Source: Candidatus Bathyarchaeota archaeon (GTDB lineage: Archaea; Thermoproteota; Bathyarchaeia; 40CM-2-53-6; DTDX01). From it: a stretch of 64,000 nt of DNA. The notes beneath the pieces are model-generated. The model was given only the letters and a program-made list of their open reading frames with translations. It made no database searches and was not told where the DNA came from. Below are positions 40,935 to 50,818 of this stretch, in pieces; position 1 is the stretch's first letter; each line of letters begins with the position of its first letter. The stretch is from assembly GCA_018396775.1 (NCBI GenBank), contig JAGTRF010000002.1, positions 14,069-78,068 of the forward strand, read 5' to 3'. Position numbers and translations under genes: made by a program.

Positions 40935-41513
40935 TTAAAGAGCCTCCTTAACGCTTGGGATCTTCCCTTTTAATTTTTCATCAATTGAAATAGCATTTTT
41001 TAAAGCTAAAGCGAAAGATTTAGCGGTAGCTTCAATTTTATGATGAGCATTAACTCCATAAAAAACTTTAATGTGTAATGTAGATTTTGAAGCTTGAGCT
41101 AAAGAAGAGAAAAAGTGAATTACATCTTCAGCTTTCACATCTTCTATTTCCTCTTGATAAACTTTAAGGTTTATTTTAGCGTATGGTCTCCCGCTTAAAT
41201 CAATTACAGTTCTAGCTAAAGCTTCATCCATAGCTGCATAAGCGTAACCAAATCGTTTAATCCCTTTTTTCTCTCCTAAAGCCTCTAAAATAGCTGAGCC
41301 AATTGCTATTCCTACATCTTCAATTAAATGATGTTTTAAATCTCCTGAAGCTTTAATTGTTAAATCAATCATTGAATATTTAACTATTGTGTCAAGTATA
41401 TGGTTTAAAAACTTTATTCCCGTTTCTACCTCAGTTTTTCCTTCACCATCAAGGTTTAATTTTCCTAAAACTTCAACTTCTTTAGTTTTTCTTTTTATTT
41501 TAGCTTCTCTCAA
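40935..41513 (-). CDS. hisB: Imidazoleglycerol-phosphate dehydratase.
   Basis: HHxIE and DxHH motifs (HHLIEDVGIAIG, NAHHKIEA). Confidence 0.85.
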   Translation of the reverse strand: MREAKIKRKTKEVEVLGKLNLDGEGKTEVETGIKFLNHILDTIVKYSMIDLTIKASGDLKHHLIEDVGIAIGSAILEALGEKKGIKRFGYAYAAMDEALARTVIDLSGRPYAKINLKVYQEEIEDVKAEDVIHFFSSLAQASKSTLHIKVFYGVNAHHKIEATAKSFALALKNAISIDEKLKGKIPSVKEAL

Positions 41514-41516
41514 TTT

Positions 41517-42602
41517 TTATCCCTCTTTAAAAATCAAACTTAATTCATTAACATCTTTTAAAATTACATCAGCATTAATTGAGGGGTTTTTCGAAACGAT
41601 AATGGATAAAGATTTTATTGAATAATTTGTTTTTAGTCTTTCAATTAAAATAGCCTCTGCTGCTGTGTCTCCTACATAAGCTGAAAGCTTGTTTTCAGCT
41701 TTCAATTCTTTAAGAAGGTTAAAAAAGGGTGTAGGATTTGGTTTTCCCGACTCTTCCAAAAAACTAAATTTATTTATTTCCTCCCAAAAATACGATTTTT
41801 CTAAATTAAAATAATTTTCAAGATTAAACTTTTCTAATACGTAAATTGCTTGTTTTCTAGTTCTTTCACTATAAATTATAAGTTTACCAAATTTTTTGCA
41901 AAGTTTTCTTAATGTTTCAATTGTTATAAGTGGAACTTCATTTTCTATAAAACCTTTATTTAAATTAAATAAGGCTGGTTGATTATAAAATTCTTCATAA
42001 AGATTTTTTCCTAAATAAAATTCTTCAAAAATTTTTTGAGGTAAATCTTCTTTATTTACTTTAGTTTGAATGAAGTTTTTTAATTTAGGTAAAGAATCGG
42101 TTAAATTTGGAAAAATTTTTTGCAAAGCCTCCAACTCACTTACGTTTTTTAATAAGCTTAATAAAGGTTTAAACCCTATTTTTTCACTTTTCTTTATTAA
42201 ACTTAAATAAGTTAAATTTAATCCATGAGAATTAAAAAACTCTTTTAACTTTTCAATCATATTTAAAATTTCCTTTAAATTTTCCCCCTCTTTAATTAGC
42301 TTTAAAAAATCCTTGTTTTTTAAAGCTAAAGCTGAAAAAAAATATAAAATAAAAAACCTTGTTAACTTCCAATCATCATTATACATACCTGTATCTTTAA
42401 ATTTTTGAATTTCTTTTTGCGTAATCAAATTTAAGCATGAACCCTTAAGTTTTAATAATTGAAAAAAGTAAAAGTTTACGGTTTCTTGAATAGCTCTTCT
42501 AAAAGAATTTCTTGATGAAAACACTACTCCATCAAAATCTAAAATTAAAACCTCAACTTTTTTTAATTTATTTAAAGCTTTCTCATCAATTTTTAAATAC
42601 AT
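41517..42602 (-). CDS. HAD-superfamily hydrolase embedded in the his operon (candidate histidinol-phosphate phosphatase).
   Basis: DFDGV motif I and C-terminal GDTAAEA motif IV. 361 aa with a large cap insert. Confidence 0.55.
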   Translation of the reverse strand: MYLKIDEKALNKLKKVEVLILDFDGVVFSSRNSFRRAIQETVNFYFFQLLKLKGSCLNLITQKEIQKFKDTGMYNDDWKLTRFFILYFFSALALKNKDFLKLIKEGENLKEILNMIEKLKEFFNSHGLNLTYLSLIKKSEKIGFKPLLSLLKNVSELEALQKIFPNLTDSLPKLKNFIQTKVNKEDLPQKIFEEFYLGKNLYEEFYNQPALFNLNKGFIENEVPLITIETLRKLCKKFGKLIIYSERTRKQAIYVLEKFNLENYFNLEKSYFWEEINKFSFLEESGKPNPTPFFNLLKELKAENKLSAYVGDTAAEAILIERLKTNYSIKSLSIIVSKNPSINADVILKDVNELSLIFKEG

Positions 42603-42603
42603 T

Positions 42604-43695
42604 TTAAGAATCTTCCTTTAAAACTTTTTTTAATTCAGAAGTAAATTTAATATTCATTTTCCTAGTTCCAACAGTAACTCTTAAACACTTTTCTAAAAGA
42701 GGATCTTTACTTCTATCTTTTATATAAACTCCTAAGCGTTTAAGTTTACTGCATATAGATTCAATTGATAAATCATTTTTATTAATTTTAAATAGAATAA
42801 AGTTTGCTTTTGAAGGAAAAGGAGTTACTCCATCTATTTTTTTTAATTCATTAAAAAGCCACTCTCTCTCCTTAATAATGCATTTAATCTTTCTCTTAAA
42901 TAAACTCCACTCCTCTAAAGCTATTTTAATAATTTTTTGAGTTATGGAATTCACTGAAAAAGGTCCTGAAACCCTCATTAAATAATTAACCACTTTCTCA
43001 TCAGCTGCTGCAAACCCTGCTCTAATTGAAGCTAAACCAAAAGATTTAGAAAAAGACCTTAAAACAATTAAGTTTTCATATTTTTCAACTAGGTTAATTA
43101 TGGAAAAGTCTCCAAAATCTACGTAGGCTTCATCAACAACAACTAAACCATCAAAGTCTTTCAAAATTTTTTCAACATCTTCTATGCTGAACTGATTTCC
43201 GGTAGGATTGTTGGGCGAGCAAATAATAACCATTGATGTTTTGGAGTCACATTTACTTAGAATGCTATTCACATCTAATTGAAAATTTGGCTTTAATAAA
43301 ACCTCTCTTTTTTCTCCACCATAAAGCTTTACAAAGAAAGAATACATATTGAAAGTAGGCTCGTTAATTATGATATTGCTTCCTTTGGGAATAAAAGTTT
43401 TTGAAATCTTATCTAATAAGTCATCTGAGCCATTAGCTACGAATATTTTTTCCTCTTTTAAATTATAAAATTCAGCTATGGATTCTATAGCTTCTTTTCC
43501 GTAAGGTTTTGGATAAAACCTAAAATCAAGTTTTTTAATTGCTTTTTCAACAATCTTCTTAATTTCTCTATTTGAAGTAAATAAGTTTTCATTTAAATCT
43601 AATTTAACGATAGTTTTTAAGCTTTTTATTTCAAGTAAATCTTTAACGTCATATGGTTTAACTTCTTCTACTTCAGGTCTGATTAAAAGCTTCAT
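42604..43695 (-). CDS. hisC: Histidinol-phosphate aminotransferase.
   Basis: Class I/II aminotransferase. PLP Lys in SFSKSFGLA. Confidence 0.8.
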   Translation of the reverse strand: MKLLIRPEVEEVKPYDVKDLLEIKSLKTIVKLDLNENLFTSNREIKKIVEKAIKKLDFRFYPKPYGKEAIESIAEFYNLKEEKIFVANGSDDLLDKISKTFIPKGSNIIINEPTFNMYSFFVKLYGGEKREVLLKPNFQLDVNSILSKCDSKTSMVIICSPNNPTGNQFSIEDVEKILKDFDGLVVVDEAYVDFGDFSIINLVEKYENLIVLRSFSKSFGLASIRAGFAAADEKVVNYLMRVSGPFSVNSITQKIIKIALEEWSLFKRKIKCIIKEREWLFNELKKIDGVTPFPSKANFILFKINKNDLSIESICSKLKRLGVYIKDRSKDPLLEKCLRVTVGTRKMNIKFTSELKKVLKEDS

Positions 43696-44329
43696 TTCTT
43701 TTCACTATCTCATCAACTTTTTCAATAAACTCTTTAATTTTATTAAAGCTTCTATAAGCAATTTTATTGCAAATCAACCTAGCTGTAGACTCTAATATAA
43801 CTTCAATTTCTTTTAATCCATTTTTTCTTAATGTTTCTCCTGTTGTTGAAAGATCCACTATAGCATCTGCTAAACCAAGTTTTGGAGTTAATTCTGCGCT
43901 TCCTCTAACTGTTAAAATTTCAATAGGCTTTTTTAATGAATCAAAGAATTTTCTTGTTAAATTTGGGAATTCTGTAGCTACTCTAGCGTTTAATGGAAGC
44001 TCAACAGCGTTATTTAAATTAGCTTCTATAGGCACAGCTAGTACAAGCTTGCATTTTCCAAATTTTAAATCTGAAACTTCATACACGTCTGCCTCTCTTT
44101 CCAAAATTATGTCATGTCCAGTTATCCCTAAGGTTGCTGCTCCATATTGAACATAAAGAGGAATATCAAAAGCTCTAGCTAATACAACCTCAAACTCTGA
44201 GTCTGAAGTCTTTAAGATATATGTTCTTTCCTGTTCTTTAACTTTTAATCCAGCTTTCTCAAGAATTTTCAGGGCTGGAGCCTTAAGCCTACCTTTGCTA
44301 GGCAAAGCTACTCTAAAACAATTCTCCAT
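43673..44329 (-). CDS. hisG: ATP phosphoribosyltransferase, short form.
   Basis: 218 aa. LPSKGRL N-terminus and DLSTTGETL motif. Lacks the C-terminal regulatory domain of the long form. Confidence 0.8.
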   Translation of the reverse strand: MENCFRVALPSKGRLKAPALKILEKAGLKVKEQERTYILKTSDSEFEVVLARAFDIPLYVQYGAATLGITGHDIILEREADVYEVSDLKFGKCKLVLAVPIEANLNNAVELPLNARVATEFPNLTRKFFDSLKKPIEILTVRGSAELTPKLGLADAIVDLSTTGETLRKNGLKEIEVILESTARLICNKIAYRSFNKIKEFIEKVDEIVKRNEAFNQT

Positions 44330-45552
44330 TAACTCTCCTCCTTAAGAATAAACTTTAAAGCTTCATTAATGCTTAACTTCTTTTCTTTTCCAGTTTTCAC
44401 ATTTATTACTAAAGCATAATCATTATCCAATTTTATTATAGCATTTGCCTTGCAGCTTTTCGCTATCATTTTTATTTGATCTATTGGTTTTGTAGATTCT
44501 AGAATTGTTGCAACTCCATTTTCTCTTAATTTTGAAGCGAATTCACCCCCAAGCTTTAAAGATGAAACCTCTAAAACAACAGTTTTCCTATAGCTATTTA
44601 ATAATGATTGATTTTTAATTGCTTTAAAGCATTCTGTAACGTCTATTGCAAATCCAGTTGCTGGTAAATCTTCGCCAAATTTTTTTAGCAATTCATCATA
44701 TCTTCCGCCTCCAGCGATTGGAAAACCTAAAGTTGGTAAAGAAGCTTCAAAAATTACCCCGCTATAATACTCTATTTCTTTAGTTAAAGCAAAATCAAAA
44801 AATAACTCTTTTACTCCTAGGTTTTCTGCAGCTTCATTTATTTCGAGAAGATTTACTAAAGCCTTCTTTATAGCTTGATAGCTTTCCGCTTCTTTAAGAA
44901 CATCTTTTAAATCTGAAATTTTAAAGCATTTAAAAAGCTTTTTTAAAATTAAAGCCAGCTTTAAAGGGCATCGTTTATTTTCTAAAAAGCTTTCAAATCT
45001 TGAGTAATCTTTATAGCCCGCTATCGCGAAAAGCTCCTCTTTTTCTTGAGGGTTTAAATTTAATTCATTTACAACTTCTTTTAAAATAGCTGCATGGCTT
45101 ACATCTATTCTAAAATTTGTTAAACCTAAAGAATTTAAAGCTTCAGTTAAAAGTGTTAAAACTTCAGCATCAGCTTCAGAATCTTTTCTTCCGATTAATT
45201 CAACTCCAGCTTGCCAAAATTCCCTAAACCTGCCAGGTCTATCAATAACCCTTCTAAAAACATTCAGTATATAATATAATCTAATTGGTTTAGGCGTTGG
45301 AGATAATTCGCTTGTTAAAACTCTAACAGTTGGAATTGTTGCTTCAGCTCTTAAAGCAATAATTTTTCCATCTAAATCTTGAAATTTAAACATGCTATCG
45401 ATTAACTTTGAGCCTATACCTAGAGAGAGATCTTCTGCAAACGCGATTGTTGAGGGAATTACCTCCGTATATCCCCAAAGCTCAAATGCTTCTCTTAACT
45501 TTTTTTCTATATGCCTGAAAATGTAGGCTTCTTTAGGTGGAAAATCCTTCAT
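44329..45552 (-). CDS. HisS/HisZ family protein (class II aaRS-like; either ATP-PRTase regulatory subunit or a genuine HisRS).
   Basis: Motif-2-like FRRVIDRPGRFREFWQAGVELIG. GGRYD histidine-binding block. C-terminal roughly 100-aa alpha/beta domain resembling an anticodon-binding domain. Confidence 0.6.
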   Translation of the reverse strand: MKDFPPKEAYIFRHIEKKLREAFELWGYTEVIPSTIAFAEDLSLGIGSKLIDSMFKFQDLDGKIIALRAEATIPTVRVLTSELSPTPKPIRLYYILNVFRRVIDRPGRFREFWQAGVELIGRKDSEADAEVLTLLTEALNSLGLTNFRIDVSHAAILKEVVNELNLNPQEKEELFAIAGYKDYSRFESFLENKRCPLKLALILKKLFKCFKISDLKDVLKEAESYQAIKKALVNLLEINEAAENLGVKELFFDFALTKEIEYYSGVIFEASLPTLGFPIAGGGRYDELLKKFGEDLPATGFAIDVTECFKAIKNQSLLNSYRKTVVLEVSSLKLGGEFASKLRENGVATILESTKPIDQIKMIAKSCKANAIIKLDNDYALVINVKTGKEKKLSINEALKFILKEES

Positions 45553-45687
45553 TCCAGTTGGTAATCGAGGGTTTATGAACGTTAAGCCTCCTTTCCATTT
45601 TTATCTCCTATCACCTTAAGTTAATATCCCACTTTTTACCCACCAGATTTATATAAACCTTTCGTTACTCTTTAAAGGGGGAAATGA

Positions 45688-46101
45688 ATGGAGTTATCTA
45701 AAATCGTTAGGTTAGATTCTAAAGGTAGAATATTGATTCCTTCAAGCATTAGAGCTGGATTAGGTTTATGTAAAGGTATGTATCTGATGATTTATGCAAA
45801 TTTAAATAATAAAGAAGCGCGATTGATTCCTTTCGCTGATTCTAAAGCTAAGCTTATAAACTTTAAAATGACGCTTTCAGATGCGCCTGGAGCTTTAGCT
45901 AAAGCCGCTTCAACTTTAGCTAATTATGGTGTAGATTTACTTTCAAGCGAATCAAGAACTATTCAAAGAGGGAAAATCGCTGAATGGAATGCTATAGGTG
46001 ATATATCTAAATGCAAGCTTAACCTTAAAGAGTTGAAAAAAGCTTTAGAAAAAGAAGCTTCAGCTAAAAATATTCAATTCAAAAAGTTATCTCTTGATTA
46101 A
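45688..46101 (+). CDS. AbrB/SpoVT-type DNA-binding domain fused to an ACT domain (putative small-molecule-responsive regulator).
   Basis: N-terminal IVRLDSKGRILIPSSIR (swapped-hairpin). C-terminal ACT-like region. Confidence 0.55.
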   Translation: MELSKIVRLDSKGRILIPSSIRAGLGLCKGMYLMIYANLNNKEARLIPFADSKAKLINFKMTLSDAPGALAKAASTLANYGVDLLSSESRTIQRGKIAEWNAIGDISKCKLNLKELKKALEKEASAKNIQFKKLSLD

Positions 46102-47152
46102 AATTTATTTTATTAACTGTTAACCAATCCATTAAATCTAAGTCATGAATTAAAAATTTTAGGTATTCACTTACATTTTTATCTCCAGCATAAAAATCGC
46201 TAATATCCCAGTGAATTAAGAAAAGGTTTACCGCTTTTATTAAAGCTGGTAAAGCTTTTATCTCCATTTCATTTAAAGCATTACTTTTCCCTTTCTCAAT
46301 AAAGGTTTTTTGATAAGCTTTAAAAAACTCTAAAGCTTTATTAACATCTATAGCATTTTCTCCTTTTTCACCCCAAACACCGCATGTATAATAAATGGCG
46401 TAAGCAACATCATAGGCTCTAGCATCCCATTTAACCCAATCGAAATCATACATAGCTGTTACTTTATTATCTTTAAACTTTAAGTTTCCAAGATGAAAAT
46501 CTCCAAAAACAACTATTTTAGGCAGGGTAGCGTAACCTATTGCCTTCAACTCTTTATAAATTTTAATGCTTTTCTCTTTTAGCTTATCTTTATTGCTTAA
46601 AAATAGTTTGCAAAAATCTGTTTCATCAGCTTTCTTAGAAAGATTTTCAAATTCTTTTCTTAAATTAAAAATTAATTTATCAAGTGGAAGCGTTTTCTTT
46701 TTTGATTTAGGTTTAAATCCTTTAACATGAATATGGTATTCAGCTAAAGTTTTAGCAGCATCTTTTAACTCTAAAATATTACAATATGGATAATACCATG
46801 TATACTTGTCTTCACCAATTGCAAATTCAAATAACGCGTAAAACACTATCTTTTTATAATTATTTCTTTTCTCAAATTTAGATACATAAGTTTTACCGGT
46901 TTTAGTTTTAAGTAAACGAGGAGTTTTTTGAAATCCTGAATTTATTAAATGGTTTATAAGCTCATGCTCGAAATTTACTTCGTTTCTTCGAGCGTTATCT
47001 CTATAACGCCTTAAAAAATATCTTCCTTTAGAAGTTTCAATAATATAGCTAACGTTAACATAGCCGCTGCTTAACTTTTCAGTTTTAATCACTTCACCTA
47101 AATCATAATTTTCTTTAATAATACTTTTTATATTGGTTAATTCATTTATCAA
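46079..47152 (-). CDS. APH/ChoK-family phosphotransferase. Second copy.
   Basis: FGDFHLGNL (catalytic loop) and DFDW..W motif. Confidence 0.65.
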   Translation of the reverse strand: MINELTNIKSIIKENYDLGEVIKTEKLSSGYVNVSYIIETSKGRYFLRRYRDNARRNEVNFEHELINHLINSGFQKTPRLLKTKTGKTYVSKFEKRNNYKKIVFYALFEFAIGEDKYTWYYPYCNILELKDAAKTLAEYHIHVKGFKPKSKKKTLPLDKLIFNLRKEFENLSKKADETDFCKLFLSNKDKLKEKSIKIYKELKAIGYATLPKIVVFGDFHLGNLKFKDNKVTAMYDFDWVKWDARAYDVAYAIYYTCGVWGEKGENAIDVNKALEFFKAYQKTFIEKGKSNALNEMEIKALPALIKAVNLFLIHWDISDFYAGDKNVSEYLKFLIHDLDLMDWLTVNKINFNQEITF

Positions 47153-47379
47153 AATAGAAGAGGCCTCTTAACTCGTTTTATTATTATTTAATTTTTAATT
47201 TAAAGCTGAAACAAAAAGTTTTTTGTAGAATAATTAAAGAATTCTAATACACTTCTTCTCTTTATATATAAAATATATAGATATATTACTTCAATATACG
47301 AAAATCTTAAATACTTAATGGGATAATAGCAAGGACTTATTTTGCGAGCTTTAATTAAATTAGGAGGAAAAATTAAAGC

Positions 47380-49008
47380 TTGGCTGAGAAAGGTGTTTTT
47401 ATAAGAAAAGCAAGCGGATTAGTAAGGGAAGTAGCTCCAATAGATGCTTGGATATACAACTGCCTTACAATGGGTTGGCTGTCTGTTATTGCCTATAATG
47501 TTGTAGTAAATGTTGCTATATTTCCTGGTGGAAACCATAGTGCAGCTATACTTATGACTGCTGTGCTTGGAACATTCATGTGGACAACCTATATATTTAT
47601 AACAACTGCTATGCCTAGAAGTGGAGTTGATTGGATTGCTCAAAGCAGGTTTATAAGCCCATGGGTAGCTGCACCAATAGTTATAGGAGACTTTTTCTAT
47701 TTAGTCTATTGGGATGTTTGGGCTTATTGGTTTGTTACATTTTTAGGTTTGCAACCATTTCTTACAGTTTTAGGCGCAGCTGCAAATAATCCTTCAATAA
47801 GCCAATTTGGTGAATGGCTTATAACATCTAAAGGCCTCTTTATAGTTGGAATGATATATCTGTTTCTAATGGGGTGGCAGCTTGCTCTGCCTATAAGGCT
47901 TTTCGCAAAAATTCAAAGAGGGTTAATGTTTTTTGCAACGCTTGCAATAATAGTTATGTATGCTGTTTTCGCGATGACGCCGAACTCGGTTTTTATTCAA
48001 CGCTTCAACTTGTTTGCTGAAGCTTTTGGTGCTGGACCAGATTATTACCATGCGGTTATACAAAAAGCTAGTGAAGTAACTAATTTAAATCCAGGCTTTA
48101 GATGGTATGATCAAATTGGCTTAATGGTTTTAATTTGGAGCCTTTTAGGATGGGCTTTTTGGAGTGCTCAACTTAGTGGAGAAATAAAAGGAGCTGATAA
48201 GCTTAAAGTTCAAAACTTTATAATGAATGGTTCAGGTTGGGCTACAGCTATAGCATGGCTTATAGCTTGGCTTTTAATATCTAGATCAGCCGGTGAAGAA
48301 TTTATGAAAGCTGCTGGATTTCTAGGTTTAAGCGGTGAATGGGAACTGCCTGTGGCACCTTATTTAGCTGGTTATCTTGCAGGTGCTACTATGGCCCCTG
48401 GATTTGGAACTTTAATAATCGTTGTGCTTTTAATACTTGCTTTAGGCTTGGTTTGTAATGGATATCAAGTTTACTATAATACTATGGTTGGCCCCATTAG
48501 AATGTTTTTCGCTATGGCTTTTGATAGAGCTCTTCCTGATGTATTTTCTAGAGTGCATAAAAGATGGCATACACCTGTATATGTTATTTGGTTGGCTTGC
48601 GCTGTAGCTGCTATTCAAATTTACGTTTCAGCTTATGCGCCTGAAGTTGCACCAGTATTCCTTCCAGCTGCGCTTTCAAGCGGATGCATACCATACTTCT
48701 TTACATCTTTAGCTGGAGCCTTAATGCCTTATACTGGAAAACCGATTTATGAAGCTTCTCCAGCAGCTAAATTTAAGCTTGGTCCAATACCGTTAATAAC
48801 AATTACTGGTGGGATTAGCTGCATCTTTAACGCTACAATGGCTTATTACTGGCTTACGGTTCCAGAGCTTGGAATAAACCCAGCTTCTATGGTTTTCGTA
48901 TTAATAGCATATATTGTAGGCTTTGTTTATTATGTTTTCTGGAGAACATATAGAAAAAGGCAGGGTATAAATCTAGATTTAGCATTTAAAGTTATTCCAC
49001 CAGATTAA
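47380..49008 (+). CDS. APC-superfamily permease. Paralog of 25303..26955.
   Basis: TTG start after TAGGAGG. Polytopic membrane protein. Confidence 0.7.
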   Translation: MAEKGVFIRKASGLVREVAPIDAWIYNCLTMGWLSVIAYNVVVNVAIFPGGNHSAAILMTAVLGTFMWTTYIFITTAMPRSGVDWIAQSRFISPWVAAPIVIGDFFYLVYWDVWAYWFVTFLGLQPFLTVLGAAANNPSISQFGEWLITSKGLFIVGMIYLFLMGWQLALPIRLFAKIQRGLMFFATLAIIVMYAVFAMTPNSVFIQRFNLFAEAFGAGPDYYHAVIQKASEVTNLNPGFRWYDQIGLMVLIWSLLGWAFWSAQLSGEIKGADKLKVQNFIMNGSGWATAIAWLIAWLLISRSAGEEFMKAAGFLGLSGEWELPVAPYLAGYLAGATMAPGFGTLIIVVLLILALGLVCNGYQVYYNTMVGPIRMFFAMAFDRALPDVFSRVHKRWHTPVYVIWLACAVAAIQIYVSAYAPEVAPVFLPAALSSGCIPYFFTSLAGALMPYTGKPIYEASPAAKFKLGPIPLITITGGISCIFNATMAYYWLTVPELGINPASMVFVLIAYIVGFVYYVFWRTYRKRQGINLDLAFKVIPPD

Positions 49009-49147
49009 ACCTCTTTTTATTTTTTTATAAATAAGGAGGTGAAGATTATATTGGATCCGGAAGATAAAGGAATGATTATTTTTTCAATCTTAATGTGGAT
49101 AATAATTATAGCTTGGCTTATTGCTGCGTCTTGAGAAACCCGTTTTT

Positions 49148-50182
49148 TTATCCAGATACAAATTGATAATTTACTACCTTTTTATCAGCTATAGTTATTA
49201 ACGCAGCCCTTAATATTCCTTCCCCATACTCGCTTCCAGGATTAACACATAATGTTCTTCCAATTTTCCTGGTGCCTTTAGATTCATGTATATGGCCATG
49301 TAAACCAAGCAGTGGTTGATATTTTTCTATAGCTTCTTTAACAGCTTCGCTTCCAGCACCATAAAAAACCATTTGGGCTCCCTCAAAAACTGGTTTTGGT
49401 GGATAAACTGTTGTATCAAGTTTTGGAGCTGTATCAAGCTCCGAGTCTTTGGGTGGAATATGAAAATTGAATATAGCATTTTCCATATCCTTAATTTTAG
49501 AAATCATTTCTTCTATTTTTCTTTTAAGCTCCTCTTCGTCGCATTCTCTTGGGGTATTCCAAGGAGTTGGGTTTCCCCAACCTAAGCTTGCCATTTCATG
49601 AACATCATCAATACGCACTACTTTTCCATCAGGATTTTTAACATGCTCAGTATCTTTAATAAGTTCAACAACTTCTTGTTCATCATCATTTCCTCCAGTT
49701 ATATAGCAGATAATATTTGTTCCCTTTAGCCGTTCTTCTGCGATTTCCATCCAGTTTTTCAAGCGTTCCCGCATTAATTCATCAAATATTTTTTTGCGTT
49801 TTTCTTCATTAGCTTCAAGTTCTTCATACTCTTTTTGAGTTACATGCAAGGGGTAAAAACCTGTTGTTAAAATTCTTTTTTCTAAATAGGGTAATTCATC
49901 TTTATTTTTAGCTTTTTGTTCTTGTCCTAAGAAATATGACTTATATATGCCATCAGCCTGCTCAATTATTGGAACAACCATTTTCCCTGTTATATCTCCA
50001 CCTAAAATAAGCGCGTCAACTTCATAGATTTTCCCAGCGTTAATAAATTTTTTAAATGTAGGTTCAGATCCGTGCACATCTGTAGCAAAAAGAATTTTAG
50101 TTATTTTTTCTTCACTTTTCTTTTTACCGAAAAAAGGCAAGCATAAACGCCTCCAAAATTTAAACGTGAATAATTTATACAC
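49148..50182 (-). CDS. Calcineurin-like metallophosphoesterase. Second copy.
   Basis: Same DVHGS, GGD, GND and GHIHE motifs as 27833..28774. The true start is probably downstream of the track start. Confidence 0.7.
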   Translation of the reverse strand: MYKLFTFKFWRRLCLPFFGKKKSEEKITKILFATDVHGSEPTFKKFINAGKIYEVDALILGGDITGKMVVPIIEQADGIYKSYFLGQEQKAKNKDELPYLEKRILTTGFYPLHVTQKEYEELEANEEKRKKIFDELMRERLKNWMEIAEERLKGTNIICYITGGNDDEQEVVELIKDTEHVKNPDGKVVRIDDVHEMASLGWGNPTPWNTPRECDEEELKRKIEEMISKIKDMENAIFNFHIPPKDSELDTAPKLDTTVYPPKPVFEGAQMVFYGAGSEAVKEAIEKYQPLLGLHGHIHESKGTRKIGRTLCVNPGSEYGEGILRAALITIADKKVVNYQFVSG

Positions 50183-50256
50183 TATTATAATATTTAAAGC
50201 TTTTTTGTTAAAACCTAAAGGTTTTTAAAGCTTTAAAAGCTTAAAATATTGCTGAA

Positions 50257-50772
50257 ATGCTGGAAACTTTAAAAATTCATGGAATAGAGCTTAAACATCC
50301 TGAAGAATGGGTAATTCACCCAATAATTAAATTGGAAAGACTTAGAGGAGAAATTGCTTTTTCCTCTAGCGAACAAAAAAGCGCAACGCCTAAGCTTATG
50401 CTTTCATGGAAACCTTTAGAGCAATCTAAAAGAAAATATAATTCACCTGAAGATCAAGCTGAAGCAACTATAAAAATAATGCGGAAAGACAGCTCATTAA
50501 AATCTCTTGAAATAATTAATCATGAAGAAATTAATGTTAACAACCATAAAGCAAGCTTTTATAATATTAAAATAACCCTTTATAAACCAGCTTTAATAAT
50601 GATTAAACCAAAATTCACAATTAAAATCGTAAAATTTGCAATGCTTTTCTGCGAAGAATCTGACCGCTCAATAACACTTTACTCTGAGCTAGAAGAAACA
50701 GAAGAAAAAGAAGATGTATTTAAAGAAATTCTTTCATCACTAATATGCCATTCAACCAAGCGTAAAATTTAA
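50257..50772 (+). CDS. Hypothetical protein.
   Basis: 171-aa ORF directly upstream of the methyltransferase genes. Confidence 0.35.
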   Translation: MLETLKIHGIELKHPEEWVIHPIIKLERLRGEIAFSSSEQKSATPKLMLSWKPLEQSKRKYNSPEDQAEATIKIMRKDSSLKSLEIINHEEINVNNHKASFYNIKITLYKPALIMIKPKFTIKIVKFAMLFCEESDRSITLYSELEETEEKEDVFKEILSSLICHSTKRKI

Positions 50773-50818
50773 ATTCTTATTACAGCTTGATTATTCAGCG
50801 TTAAAATTAAATTGAAGA

